Assembly (NCBI GenBank): GCA_013694995.1
Contig: JACDBH010000004.1
Span: 256,995 to 320,994 of the forward strand
DNA from: Candidatus Saccharimonadota bacterium
Lineage (GTDB): Bacteria; Patescibacteriota; Saccharimonadia; Saccharimonadales; JACDBH01
Direction: 5' to 3'
DNA: 64,000 nucleotides
Both the position numbers and the translations under genes were made by a program. Positions 1 to 10,208 of this stretch are shown piece after piece. Position 1 is the stretch's first letter. Each line of letters opens with the position of its first letter. The notes under the pieces are model-generated. The model worked only from the letters and a program-made list of their open reading frames with translations. It had not been told where the DNA came from and did no database searches.

Positions 1-6
1 CATTGA

Positions 7-15
7 GAGTGCTAA
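7..15 (+). promoter_or_regulatory. Right arm of a CIRCE (HrcA operator) upstream of clpC; left arm would lie before the window
   Basis: GAGTGCTAA is the exact CIRCE right arm, 66 nt before the clpC start; a full CIRCE precedes clpP in this window. Confidence 0.65.
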
Positions 16-81
16 GTGGTATTATGGTTATATGTGACATTTTAAACAGTTACATTAAGAAAGAGTGGGTAAAATATAATT

Positions 82-2574
82 ATGATGCCACAATCACCTG
101 ACTTCCAAGAATTTTTGAATCATCTGACTGATAATGCGCTGCAAAGCCTTAAGCATGCCGATGCTATTGCACGTAGTTTTAACAGTCCGTACATTGGTAC
201 AGAACATTTACTGCTTGGAGTACTTGCGCAAGATAGTTCTATGGGTGCTAAGGTCCTTGAGGGTGCCGGTGTGACTTTAGAACGTGCACGGTTGGCATTG
301 GACCTTACGCCAAAATCAATAGTTATAAATATGGGGGCCAAAGGTTTAAGTGAAACAGCTAAACTTACTCTTAAGATGTCCTATGAGTTGGCACAGGAGT
401 TTAGCCAGGAGTTCTGCGGCACCGAGCACATCCTCTATAGTATCTTAAGCCAAAAGAATGCCAGGGCAACGACTTTACTGAGGGATATGAATGTGAATGT
501 CGATAGTCTGAACAACGAGCTGGAGCAATTCTTAAATCGTCAGCAATATGAGGATAACAGTGGTGCTGTTGGCAGTCGCCGCCGTACTAAACGAACGCGA
601 GGTAAGACTGCCCTTGATACTTATGGAACCGATATGACGGCGCTAGCCCGTTCCGGCAAGCTCGATCCTGTAATTGGACGGATGCCACAGATTCGTCGCG
701 TCATTACCATCCTCAACCGACGAACTAAAAACAACCCAGTACTAATAGGCGAGTCCGGAGTGGGTAAAACAGCCATAGTAGAGGGGTTAGCACAACGAAT
801 TGTAGCCGAAGACGTTCCCGATAGTTTAATCGATAAGCGTATTATTACTTTAGACTTGGCAGGCATGATTGCCGGTACTAAATACCGTGGTGAGTTTGAA
901 GAAAGACTTAAAAAAGTCATGGCTGAACTAGAAGACGATAAGAAGTCCATTATTTTTATTGACGAACTGCATTTAATTGTCGGTGCCGGTTCAGCCGAAG
1001 GCTCAATGGACGCCGGGAATATTTTAAAACCTTCATTAGCGCGAGGAAAAATTCAATTAATCGGTGCCACTACGACAGCCGAATATACTAAGTATGTCGA
1101 AAAAGACTCAGCTCTAGAGCGACGCTTCCAGCCTATCCAAGTACCCGAAACGACTGTACCCGAAACACTGGCGATCCTTAAAGGTTTGCGCAAGCACTAT
1201 GAGCAGTTCCACGGTGTTCAAATCAGTGACGAGGTACTGAACGATACGGTTAATTTGGCAAAGCGCTACGTCAACGACCGCTTCATGCCCGACAAAGCCA
1301 TTGATCTGCTAGATGAAGCTTCGGCTCACTTACGTGTCGACAAAGGCAAGACCCCACCCGAGTTACGCAAGCTGCAGAAAGAGCTGAAACTTCTTAATGT
1401 CCGTATTGATGATGCGGTAGATGGTGAAGACTATCAAAAGGCAGCCGAGTATAAGCAGCGCGCCAGCCAAATCCATACCCAAATAAATAAAATGCAGGCT
1501 GAGGGCAAAGGCGGTAAGCGATTGAAACTTAGCTCGGAAGACGTTGCAGACGTAGTCGCAAGGATGACAGGTGTGCCAGTGAATAAAGTTATTCGATCAG
1601 AAGCCAAATACTTGCGCAACCTGGAGCAAAACTTAAGCCGGCATGTCATTGGCCAGGATGAGGCGGTATCCGCTATAGCTAGGTCAGTAAGGCGCAACCG
1701 TGTGGGAATAGGCCAAACCTCGCGCCCGATCGGTTCTTTCATATTCTTGGGCCCAACAGGTGTTGGTAAAACGGAGCTTGCCCGAGTACTTGCCCGGGAA
1801 TTCTTTGGATCCGAATCGGCGCTGGTCAAAATCGATATGAGTGAATTCGGTGAACACCATACAGTCTCTCGTCTAGTTGGCGCTCCGGCAGGCTATATAG
1901 GCTATGACGACGGCGGGCAACTGACCGATAAAATCCGCCACCAGCCTTATAGCGTAGTCCTGTTCGACGAGATTGAAAAAGCTCATCCCGATGTATTCAA
2001 TATGTTACTGCAGCTTTTAGAGGACGGTAAGCTGACTGACGCAAAAAGCCGCTCGATAGACTTTACTAATACCATCGTCATTATGACTAGCAATATCGGC
2101 GCTGAGAAACTACAGAAGGAAGCCGCTTTCGGCTTCCACGCAATCGGCAAGCAAGATATCAACGACCTAGACGAATTACATAGTGAAAATCGCCATAAAG
2201 TCTTAGAGGATCTTAAAAAGCTTATGCGTCCCGAACTATTAAACCGCATTGATAAGACCATAGTGTTCCGGGCCCTCACAAAGAAAGACGCCTTGTCTAT
2301 CCTTGACTTGCAGCTAGATGAACTCCGCGGTCGGCTGGTCAAACATGGCTTAGGATTACAGATGAACATGGGTGCCAAGCAGGTTATGCTAGAAAAGGGA
2401 TATGATGCCAAAAATGGCGTAAGGCCCATGCGCCGCCTAATCCAAGACGAAATCGAAGATCATATCGCTAACAATCTACTAGATGAGGATTACCACAAAG
2501 GCGATATCGTCCAGGTAAAAAGCTCGAAGAATGAGCTGAGTTTCAGCGTCCAGCGCGAAAAAGCCGCTGCTTAA
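82..2574 (+). CDS. clpC: ATP-dependent Clp protease ATPase subunit ClpC
   Basis: Clp-N repeats, two AAA+ modules ([16 protein letters not shown]), UVR-like middle coil, KIDMSEF and [13 protein letters not shown]. Confidence 0.95.
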   Translation: MMPQSPDFQEFLNHLTDNALQSLKHADAIARSFNSPYIGTEHLLLGVLAQDSSMGAKVLEGAGVTLERARLALDLTPKSIVINMGAKGLSETAKLTLKMSYELAQEFSQEFCGTEHILYSILSQKNARATTLLRDMNVNVDSLNNELEQFLNRQQYEDNSGAVGSRRRTKRTRGKTALDTYGTDMTALARSGKLDPVIGRMPQIRRVITILNRRTKNNPVLIGESGVGKTAIVEGLAQRIVAEDVPDSLIDKRIITLDLAGMIAGTKYRGEFEERLKKVMAELEDDKKSIIFIDELHLIVGAGSAEGSMDAGNILKPSLARGKIQLIGATTTAEYTKYVEKDSALERRFQPIQVPETTVPETLAILKGLRKHYEQFHGVQISDEVLNDTVNLAKRYVNDRFMPDKAIDLLDEASAHLRVDKGKTPPELRKLQKELKLLNVRIDDAVDGEDYQKAAEYKQRASQIHTQINKMQAEGKGGKRLKLSSEDVADVVARMTGVPVNKVIRSEAKYLRNLEQNLSRHVIGQDEAVSAIARSVRRNRVGIGQTSRPIGSFIFLGPTGVGKTELARVLAREFFGSESALVKIDMSEFGEHHTVSRLVGAPAGYIGYDDGGQLTDKIRHQPYSVVLFDEIEKAHPDVFNMLLQLLEDGKLTDAKSRSIDFTNTIVIMTSNIGAEKLQKEAAFGFHAIGKQDINDLDELHSENRHKVLEDLKKLMRPELLNRIDKTIVFRALTKKDALSILDLQLDELRGRLVKHGLGLQMNMGAKQVMLEKGYDAKNGVRPMRRLIQDEIEDHIANNLLDEDYHKGDIVQVKSSKNELSFSVQREKAAA

Positions 2575-2614
2575 AGCTTAGCGAAAAAAACTCCGTGCAT
2601 GTACACTTAATCTC

Positions 2615-3583
2615 ATGAAACTACGGCGTCTTGGCTCCGGAATAATATCGATCGCTCTATTGCTATTGTTCGGGTTCGCTGTACTCAAGTGGCAGTCGAT
2701 TTCGGATTGGTGGCGGCTTCGCGGTTATATCCCGCCTGAAGTAGTAGCTCAGCTAGCAACCAGCACAACCATGCTTGATAGCTCACGGAACCTGTTTTAT
2801 GTGAACCGCCCTGTGCTTGCCAATAAACAGAGTTTTAATGAATATTGCCGGAATAATGAGCGTACTATTGTGCTGGGCTGTTACATACAACAGGATGGCA
2901 TTTATCTTTTGGATGTAACCGATGACCGTTTGAAAGGTGTGGAAGAGGTGACGGCCGCCCACGAATTGTTACATGCCGCTTATGACCGCCTGAGTACAAA
3001 GGAGCGCGAAAAAGTTGATAGGATGACAGGTAGCGCATACCAGGCAATGGGGGACGAGCGTATTAAAAGTACCATTGAGCTCTACCGTTCACAAGATCCT
3101 TCTATCGTGCCAAACGAGCTTCACTCTATTCTGGGAACTGAAGTAAGAAACTTATCCCTAGAGCTTGAGGATTATTACAGGCAGTATTTTGCTGATCGGC
3201 TACAAGTAGTCGGCTTTTCTGAGCAATATGAACAAGCCTTTACCGAGCGACGCAACCAAATTATAGCTTTTGACAGCCAGTTAGCAACGCTTAAGCAGCA
3301 GATTGACAGCTTGAAATTATCGCTAGAGCAGACAGACAGTGAATTGCGTTCCCAACGCAGCAAGATGAATTCCCTGCGGTCTAGTGGACAGACTGAAGCT
3401 TATAATGCCGAAGTCCCTAGTTATAACAGCAAAGTAAATCGTTATAACCGTGATATTGATACATTGAGTGGCCTTGTGCTTAAGTACAATGAGGTTGTGC
3501 AGAAACGCAACGCCATCGCTTCCGAAGAAGCCGAACTAGTGGAAGCTATCGACAGCCGCGAAGTAGTTCCGGACCAGCGTTAA
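2615..3583 (+). CDS. Membrane-anchored zincin-like metallopeptidase with C-terminal coiled coil
   Basis: N-terminal hydrophobic helix, HELLH (HExxH) plus downstream NELHS, about 100-aa heptad C-terminus. Confidence 0.65.
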   Translation: MKLRRLGSGIISIALLLLFGFAVLKWQSISDWWRLRGYIPPEVVAQLATSTTMLDSSRNLFYVNRPVLANKQSFNEYCRNNERTIVLGCYIQQDGIYLLDVTDDRLKGVEEVTAAHELLHAAYDRLSTKEREKVDRMTGSAYQAMGDERIKSTIELYRSQDPSIVPNELHSILGTEVRNLSLELEDYYRQYFADRLQVVGFSEQYEQAFTERRNQIIAFDSQLATLKQQIDSLKLSLEQTDSELRSQRSKMNSLRSSGQTEAYNAEVPSYNSKVNRYNRDIDTLSGLVLKYNEVVQKRNAIASEEAELVEAIDSREVVPDQR

Positions 3584-3629
3584 GGTTTATCTATTAAATA
3601 ATCAAAAAAACCTAAGGTATACTGGACTA

Positions 3630-4973
3630 ATGGCAAAAAAGGGAAGTGTGCGCTATGTTTGCAACAGCTGCGGTGCAGTCCATTCCTCATGGATGGGGCG
3701 TTGCAGTACGTGTGGCGAATGGAACACCATAACTGAGGAACTCGATACAGCGGCTCTTAGTGCGCCCAAAGGACGGAAATTACAGACTTCTTCTGTCAGC
3801 TTAGTAGCTAAGAATGAGCAGCAAAAACGTCTTGATGCCGGCGAGCCTACGGTCAATGATGTATTAGGCGGTGGATTTGTGCCCGGCAGCGTGATACTTA
3901 TTGCCGGCCAACCGGGCATCGGTAAAAGCACGTTAATGCTGCAAATAGCCTATGCCGCTGCCAAAGCTGTCAGCGTTCTTTATATCAGCGGCGAAGAATC
4001 GGTGCACCAGGTAGGATTGCGGGCGAAACGGCTGGGAGTTAGCCAGGAGCAGCTTCAGATTGCGTCCAGCACTTCAGCAGACGATATCGCGGCAACTATA
4101 GCAAGCGGTGATCATGCATTAGTCGTCGTCGACTCCATCCAGACAGTTTCTGTGGAGGCTATTGTTTCTGCCGCCGGAACTGTCAGCCAGATTACCAATA
4201 GCACATATATGATGATGCAGGCCGCCAAGCGCTCAAACACCGCTTTGCTGTTAGTCGGGCATGTGACTAAAGAAGGTTCTATCGCTGGACCTAAAGTACT
4301 TGAGCATGTAGTTGATGTCGTATTGCAGCTGGAAGGTGACAGATATGGCGGGTTCAAAGTATTAAGAAGCGTCAAGAACCGGTTTGGTAACACAAATGAA
4401 TCGGCAATCTTTGAAATGAAGGAGGACGGTCTCCAACCGGTCGAAAATCCTTCTGCGGCATTGTTGGCCGAGAGGCAAGTTAGCGACGGTTCTGTCGTTC
4501 TAGCAACGTTAGAAGGCGCCAGGCCGCTCCTAGTTGAAGTCCAGGCGTTAGTAAATACTACAAGCTATGGATATCCCAAACGCGCTGCCAGCGGTATAGA
4601 TTTGAACCGGGTAAATTTATTGATAGCCATGCTGGAAAAACGTACTAAGCTGAATCTGGCTGACAAAGATATTTATATTAATATTGTCGGTGGACTCAAG
4701 ATTACTGAACCGGCGGCTGACCTGGCTATATGCATGGCAATAGCCAGTGCCAGCAAGGGTATGCAGCTTAAAGAAGATGCTGTTGTCTTTGGCGAAGTTG
4801 GCCTAAGCGGCGAAGTCCGGCGGGTACCGTATGCTGAGAAACGTATAGCCGAGGCAAAAAAACTTGGATTTTCCGTTGCGATTGCCCCTAAAAACAGTAC
4901 AACCAAGAAAAATACATTCGTCCGCGAAGTTATCGATATTCGAAGCGCACTTAATTCTTTTTTGAGCAAATGA
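3630..4973 (+). CDS. radA: DNA repair protein RadA/Sms
   Basis: CxxC-CxxC finger, GQPGIGKST, KNRFG motif, Lon-like C-terminal domain. Confidence 0.97.
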   Translation: MAKKGSVRYVCNSCGAVHSSWMGRCSTCGEWNTITEELDTAALSAPKGRKLQTSSVSLVAKNEQQKRLDAGEPTVNDVLGGGFVPGSVILIAGQPGIGKSTLMLQIAYAAAKAVSVLYISGEESVHQVGLRAKRLGVSQEQLQIASSTSADDIAATIASGDHALVVVDSIQTVSVEAIVSAAGTVSQITNSTYMMMQAAKRSNTALLLVGHVTKEGSIAGPKVLEHVVDVVLQLEGDRYGGFKVLRSVKNRFGNTNESAIFEMKEDGLQPVENPSAALLAERQVSDGSVVLATLEGARPLLVEVQALVNTTSYGYPKRAASGIDLNRVNLLIAMLEKRTKLNLADKDIYINIVGGLKITEPAADLAICMAIASASKGMQLKEDAVVFGEVGLSGEVRRVPYAEKRIAEAKKLGFSVAIAPKNSTTKKNTFVREVIDIRSALNSFLSK

Positions 4974-4984
4974 GTCGATAATAG

Positions 4985-7900
4985 TTAGGCGGAAAATGTA
5001 TTGGATTCGGCAGTTACGCCTTTGGCTTTTATCTGCCAAGCAGCAGCAGCTCCATTACAGCTAAGTACTTTAGGTGATCCAGCTGCATCGTCAACATCTG
5101 CTCCGTTTTTAAAGATGTCATAGCCGGTGGCTCCAGGTGCCGTACTCCATGATAAGGTACACGTATTAACTACGCGGCTTACGGTTAGGCTTATAGTCGG
5201 CCCCACCGCCGCTGTCGTAAAATTTACGTTTACCGGATTTGACGTGCTGTTGTAGAGCACGCTGTCGATGACCTCTGCTGTTACGCTTGCGCTGCCATTT
5301 GTAGTAGCTGTGTAGTTTATGCCTGCCTGGGCCGCGGCAATTCCGACCGAGCCGCCGCTGACGGTCTGCCCGTTGACCTTGAAGTTAACCACGCCGCCTC
5401 GGCTGGCGCTATCTAATGGGTGGGTGCCCGGGCTAACTGAGGCTTTAAATACATAGCTGCCGTTGCTGCCGCTTACGCTGACCGAAACACTCGGCCTTGC
5501 GTCGCTACAGGCGTGTACGTCGTCCTTTTCGTTTGTAGCAGTAGCGTTAGCTCCGCTAGCGTCTACAAATGTGTCCCCGCTGTACTGAGCTGCCGAGCCA
5601 CCAGTCTGTTCTTTTTTAGCTAGCTCAGGCGTACATTCGGTTGCCAGTTTGTTAGATATAATATCGATTATGCGCTTTTCGTTTTTGATGTTTTTCTTCT
5701 GGTACCACGAGGGATAAAGATCTTCTTTCGGACTTGGTTCCACCGATCCCGTACCCACGTGACTAGTGATGACATAGGCTGAAGCGGTTTGTACACCAGC
5801 AGGTTTAGTAAAGTCCTTGGGCGCCAAGTTTTCGTGAGCGCGCTTCATCCAGTTATTGAAAATCGGCCTGGTCATGTTTTCCATAAATCCGCTCATCTCT
5901 TTTGTGCGGTTGTGGTAGGCGACCCAGACAGCCGAAGCGTATTTGCTTGAATAGCCTGTCATCCAACCATCTTTGGCATCGTTAGTGGTACCAGTTTTAA
6001 CTGCAAATTTCCATGTACCCTGCTTGTTTTGGTAGCGCTGTATCTTCTGGCTGAAGTAACTAGCATTAGGATCGGACAACATGTCACTGATAATAAAGGC
6101 CGTATCTGGCCGAACTGCTTGGGTACCGCCTTCCATTTTCCATTCATAGGTAGTCTTGTCGCCGGCATCAACAATCTTAAGTATGTAGGAACGAGGAAGA
6201 CTTAAACCATTTCGGCCGAGGGTTGCCAGACCATGAACGTGCTCATCCATCTTAAGATAAGCACCATCGCCGATAGCAGAGGAGGCATAACACTGTTCTT
6301 CGCTGTCCGAAGTAAATTCAATCGTTTCCGGGGCGTAGCAATTGTAGCCAAAACTGTTAGGATTGCTAGCGTTCATTATGCTCTCGGCGGTTTCGATTGT
6401 CTTATCTACGCCGGCAATCAGCATAGCCTTGACAGCAGGGATATTGCGCGAACCGCCTAGGGCATAACGCAGGGTGACAGGACCGGGAAACCTCAGATCA
6501 TAATCGTGCAGGCAGTTGCCGCCATTTTTTGGCGCGGCCTTGTTGGTACAAGCGTATCCGGGCAGTGGCCCCTGGGTGTCATACAACACCGTACCAGCGC
6601 CAACATTAGTAGTATTTTCTATTAAAGCGGCATAATCGTATGGCTTAAAGCTGGAGCCTGGTGGGAGGGGAGTACGAGCATAATTATTCTGACCAAATGT
6701 TGGGTCTGTGAAATCTGGTCCACCGACCATGGCTACTATCTGGCCATTTTCAACATCTTCGGCTACAAAGGCAGCTACGTTACCACCTTGGCGCCTAACC
6801 TGAGGCATACCTTTATTAACTTCATCCTCGGCTATGTTTTGCAGGTTCAAATCAAGTGTAGTAGTCACTTTCCAGCCGCTGCGATTGACGGTCTGTGCGC
6901 CAAACTGTAAATCTAGTTGTTCTTTGGCGGTTAAGACGAAGTATGGTGCCTTGACACCGGTAAACTTACTCTCCTGTTTTTTGGTTGTTGCCAGTACATC
7001 AACTAGCTTGGCGGCTTCGCTCTGTTCGGAAGTGATATAGCCCATTTCTGTCATGACGCCAAGTGTATAGTGCATCCTACCTATAACGGCTTCACGGCCT
7101 CCATCTGCGTAATAAGCGCCGTAAGGCGAATAATATGACGGTGATTGCGGCAAAGAGGCCAAAAAGACAGACTCTTCCAAATTAAGGTCTTTTGCCGGCT
7201 TATGGAAATAATCCTGGGAGGCGGCTTCTACGCCGTACTCGATGTTGCCATAAGGCGCTGTGTTAAGATAGCCGGTTAAGATTTCATCCTTAGAATAACT
7301 ACGTTCTAGCTCGACGGATAAAATAAGTTCTTTAATTTTGCGGGTATAGGAACGATCTTTGCTCCAGTCCTGGGATAGTTTTACTAGTTGCTGGGTAATA
7401 GTCGAACCACCCTGGCTGGTCGAGCCGCCAGTGATATTCGCCCAGCCAGCGCGGGTAATACCCTTAAGGTCAAAGCCACCGTGCTTAAAGAAGTCCCGGT
7501 CTTCAAGAGCTATAGTCGCATCTTTCATGAACTGAGATATTTGGTCGCTTTTTACCGGTATACGTTTGACCGCGTCATAATCTTCCCATAATAGTGTCTC
7601 GCCGGAACGGTCATAATAACGGATGCTGCCGCCTATATTATTACCTGAAATATCACGAAGATTAGGTAAGTCCTTACGGAAGTAAGCGAAAACACCGATC
7701 ATCAGGACAAATACGACGATAATACCGATGCCTGTAACTTTCAGCGCCATTATCCCGCCTTCGCGGCTGAACCAGTAGGCAGCTAAGCGCCTGGGGTTTA
7801 AGCGATAAGCTATTCGTTTCAAACGGCTTTTAGGAAGATTCTTGAGCCGTTCGGCTTTGCTAATGGCCCTGTTATCGCGGCGGACTTTAACTCGGTCCGC

Positions 7901-8008
7901 CAAGGAACTGTGCAGTTTAATGGTCTTGCCGCTTTTTGTTACATGGACATTATTTTTAGAACCGCTGCGCGGTCTGTTAGAAACAGTTGGCTTTTTGCTG
8001 CGAACCAT
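4985..8008 (-). CDS. Class A penicillin-binding protein (transglycosylase/transpeptidase) with C-terminal beta-rich extension
   Basis: EDRDFFKHGG, GGSTITQQL, RKIKE, SSFK, SRN and KTGT motifs; N-terminal TM helix. Confidence 0.93.
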   Translation of the reverse strand: MVRSKKPTVSNRPRSGSKNNVHVTKSGKTIKLHSSLADRVKVRRDNRAISKAERLKNLPKSRLKRIAYRLNPRRLAAYWFSREGGIMALKVTGIGIIVVFVLMIGVFAYFRKDLPNLRDISGNNIGGSIRYYDRSGETLLWEDYDAVKRIPVKSDQISQFMKDATIALEDRDFFKHGGFDLKGITRAGWANITGGSTSQGGSTITQQLVKLSQDWSKDRSYTRKIKELILSVELERSYSKDEILTGYLNTAPYGNIEYGVEAASQDYFHKPAKDLNLEESVFLASLPQSPSYYSPYGAYYADGGREAVIGRMHYTLGVMTEMGYITSEQSEAAKLVDVLATTKKQESKFTGVKAPYFVLTAKEQLDLQFGAQTVNRSGWKVTTTLDLNLQNIAEDEVNKGMPQVRRQGGNVAAFVAEDVENGQIVAMVGGPDFTDPTFGQNNYARTPLPPGSSFKPYDYAALIENTTNVGAGTVLYDTQGPLPGYACTNKAAPKNGGNCLHDYDLRFPGPVTLRYALGGSRNIPAVKAMLIAGVDKTIETAESIMNASNPNSFGYNCYAPETIEFTSDSEEQCYASSAIGDGAYLKMDEHVHGLATLGRNGLSLPRSYILKIVDAGDKTTYEWKMEGGTQAVRPDTAFIISDMLSDPNASYFSQKIQRYQNKQGTWKFAVKTGTTNDAKDGWMTGYSSKYASAVWVAYHNRTKEMSGFMENMTRPIFNNWMKRAHENLAPKDFTKPAGVQTASAYVITSHVGTGSVEPSPKEDLYPSWYQKKNIKNEKRIIDIISNKLATECTPELAKKEQTGGSAAQYSGDTFVDASGANATATNEKDDVHACSDARPSVSVSVSGSNGSYVFKASVSPGTHPLDSASRGGVVNFKVNGQTVSGGSVGIAAAQAGINYTATTNGSASVTAEVIDSVLYNSTSNPVNVNFTTAAVGPTISLTVSRVVNTCTLSWSTAPGATGYDIFKNGADVDDAAGSPKVLSCNGAAAAWQIKAKGVTAESNTFSA

Positions 8009-8151
8009 TAGTTTATCGTGATCTCCTTAATAGACTTGTATTATAGCAAAAGCGTTAGTGACGTTACACTCTTTTTGTAATGTTGAATAGTATCAGGTAC
8101 GCTATTAATAGGGATTAAAAATAGTAGTGTCGCATAAATTAAGAGGCTGTA

Positions 8152-9411
8152 ATGACATTATCGGAAGAACTTACCTGGCGAGGATTTGCAAATCAATGGA
8201 CTTACAAATCAATTACTGATATCGACATAAATAAATTTACATTTTATTGGGGCGTTGATCCAAGTGCTGATTCCATGACTATCGGTAACTTAGCAGCCGC
8301 CATGATGGTGCGCCATTTTATCGACCATGGCCAAAAAGCTATACTTCTATTGGGTGGCGCAACTGGGATGATCGGTGACCCTGATGGCAAGTCTGCCGAG
8401 CGCGAACTGCTGAGTACAGAACAAATTGCTGCTAATAAATCAGCCATTGCCGAGCAATACAAACGAGTGTTTGCAGGCAAAGATTTCGAAATAGTAGACA
8501 ACTACGAATGGTTCAAAGATATCAGCTACTTAGATTTCCTGCGCGATGTTGGCAAGCATGTACCGATGCGGACGATGTTGGGTCGTGAATTCGTGCAGTC
8601 ACGGTTGGGCGAAGAGGGCAGCGGCATTAGTTATGCTGAGTTTAGCTATTCCTTAATACAGGGCTACGATTTCTTGCATCTGAACCGCGAAAAAGGTGTG
8701 TCATTACAAGTCTGCGGTGCAGATCAATGGGGTAATAGTATCGCCGGCGTGGATTTGATAAGACGGCTGACCGGCAACGAAGCCCATGTCTGGTCAGCTC
8801 CACTTATTGTCAACAAAGACACTGGTGTAAAGTTTGGTAAGTCAGAGGAGGGTGCGGTCTGGCTGGATGCCAATAAAACAAGCGCATATAAGTTTTACCA
8901 ATTCTGGCTGAATGTCGGAGATGAGAGCGCGGGTGATTTATTAAAAATATACACCCTGCTTCCCAAAGACGAAATAGAATCGATTCTAGTATCGCACCAA
9001 CATGAGCCTGGTAAAAGGATTGCTCAAATTACTCTAGCTGATCAAGTCACTAGCCTGGTGCATGGTACTGAAGCGATGGCTGTTGCAAAATTTGCCACCG
9101 AAGTTACTTTTCAGAACCGACGCCTGGATAGTGTCAGCGAGGAAGAAATAACCACATTGATGAAAGAACTACCGAGTGCCCACGTTAATCTCAAAGAACT
9201 GGAACGCTTAACTGTAACTGATATCGTTGTGCTGCTGGGCCTGGCATCATCTAAGCGCGAGGCCAGGGAGTTTATTGCAAGTGGAGCCATACGAATCAAT
9301 AACGAACCGGTTGAAGCAAACGCCGATTTGTTCCCAGTGGCAAAGCTACAGGCAGGAGCAGGACTTATAAGAAGAGGCCAAAAACAATTTGGCATCATTA
9401 AGGCCGCCTAG
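8152..9411 (+). CDS. tyrS: Tyrosine--tRNA ligase
   Basis: GVDPSADS-TIGN, QGYDF, GADQWGN, KFGKS, C-terminal S4-like domain. Confidence 0.96.
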   Translation: MTLSEELTWRGFANQWTYKSITDIDINKFTFYWGVDPSADSMTIGNLAAAMMVRHFIDHGQKAILLLGGATGMIGDPDGKSAERELLSTEQIAANKSAIAEQYKRVFAGKDFEIVDNYEWFKDISYLDFLRDVGKHVPMRTMLGREFVQSRLGEEGSGISYAEFSYSLIQGYDFLHLNREKGVSLQVCGADQWGNSIAGVDLIRRLTGNEAHVWSAPLIVNKDTGVKFGKSEEGAVWLDANKTSAYKFYQFWLNVGDESAGDLLKIYTLLPKDEIESILVSHQHEPGKRIAQITLADQVTSLVHGTEAMAVAKFATEVTFQNRRLDSVSEEEITTLMKELPSAHVNLKELERLTVTDIVVLLGLASSKREAREFIASGAIRINNEPVEANADLFPVAKLQAGAGLIRRGQKQFGIIKAA

Positions 9412-9426
9412 GTATACTGCATATCT

Positions 9427-10188
9427 ATGGCTACAAAGAAAAAAGCAGACCAATATAACGACCCGTCACACAACTATCTACATTATTGGGATGGGCGTGA
9501 TTATGAACATGAAGCTGAAATTCTTGCCATCGACCGCCTACTAAAAGGCAAGCACTTCAAGCATGCAGTCGATGTCGGCGGCGGCTATGGCAGATTGAGC
9601 GCAATACTTACACATTATGCAGATAAAGTCACGCTTGCCGAACCGTCTAAACAACAACTTGATATTGCCGAAGATTTTCTTAAGGATTACCCTACTGTGG
9701 AGCGCAAATTAATGCAAGCAGACAACCTTAAATTTACTGATGGCAGCGTCGATTTAGTTACTGTAGTGCGGGTTATTCATCATTTACCAGATCCGACTGC
9801 AGAATTCGCTGAAATTGCCCGTATTTTGAGTCCTGAAGGCTATTTCTTTTTAGAATTTGCAAATTATGCTAACTTCAAGAACCGAGTAAGGCACATAATT
9901 AGGCGCAAAAAGTTACCGCACGATCCAGTTGATATTCGTTCAGATGCCAATAAACATAACAATGAAATCCCGTTCGTGAACCATAATCCGAAAACTGTCC
10001 GAAAGCAACTAGCTCATGCTGGGCTAAGAGTTGAAAAAGTATTATCGGTATCAAATCTGCGCAGCCCGCGACTAAAAAAAATCCTTCCCAGAGGCGGCAT
10101 GGTTGCAATAGAAAGCCTGATGCAGCCAGCCCTTGCTAAGTCATACTTTGGTCCCAGCACCGTATTTTTAGCGCGCAAGGGCCGCTAA
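9427..10188 (+). CDS. Class I SAM-dependent methyltransferase
   Basis: VDVGGGYGR motif I, DGSVDLV, VIHHL, RILSPEG. Confidence 0.88.
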   Translation: MATKKKADQYNDPSHNYLHYWDGRDYEHEAEILAIDRLLKGKHFKHAVDVGGGYGRLSAILTHYADKVTLAEPSKQQLDIAEDFLKDYPTVERKLMQADNLKFTDGSVDLVTVVRVIHHLPDPTAEFAEIARILSPEGYFFLEFANYANFKNRVRHIIRRKKLPHDPVDIRSDANKHNNEIPFVNHNPKTVRKQLAHAGLRVEKVLSVSNLRSPRLKKILPRGGMVAIESLMQPALAKSYFGPSTVFLARKGR

Positions 10189-10208
10189 CAAAGGATATAC
10201 TTAGTCCC

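Noticed and set aside
8260..8290. TyrRS HIGH motif reads TIGN
   Set aside because: This is within known class Ic variation (the TrpRS here has the same) and all other motifs are intact.
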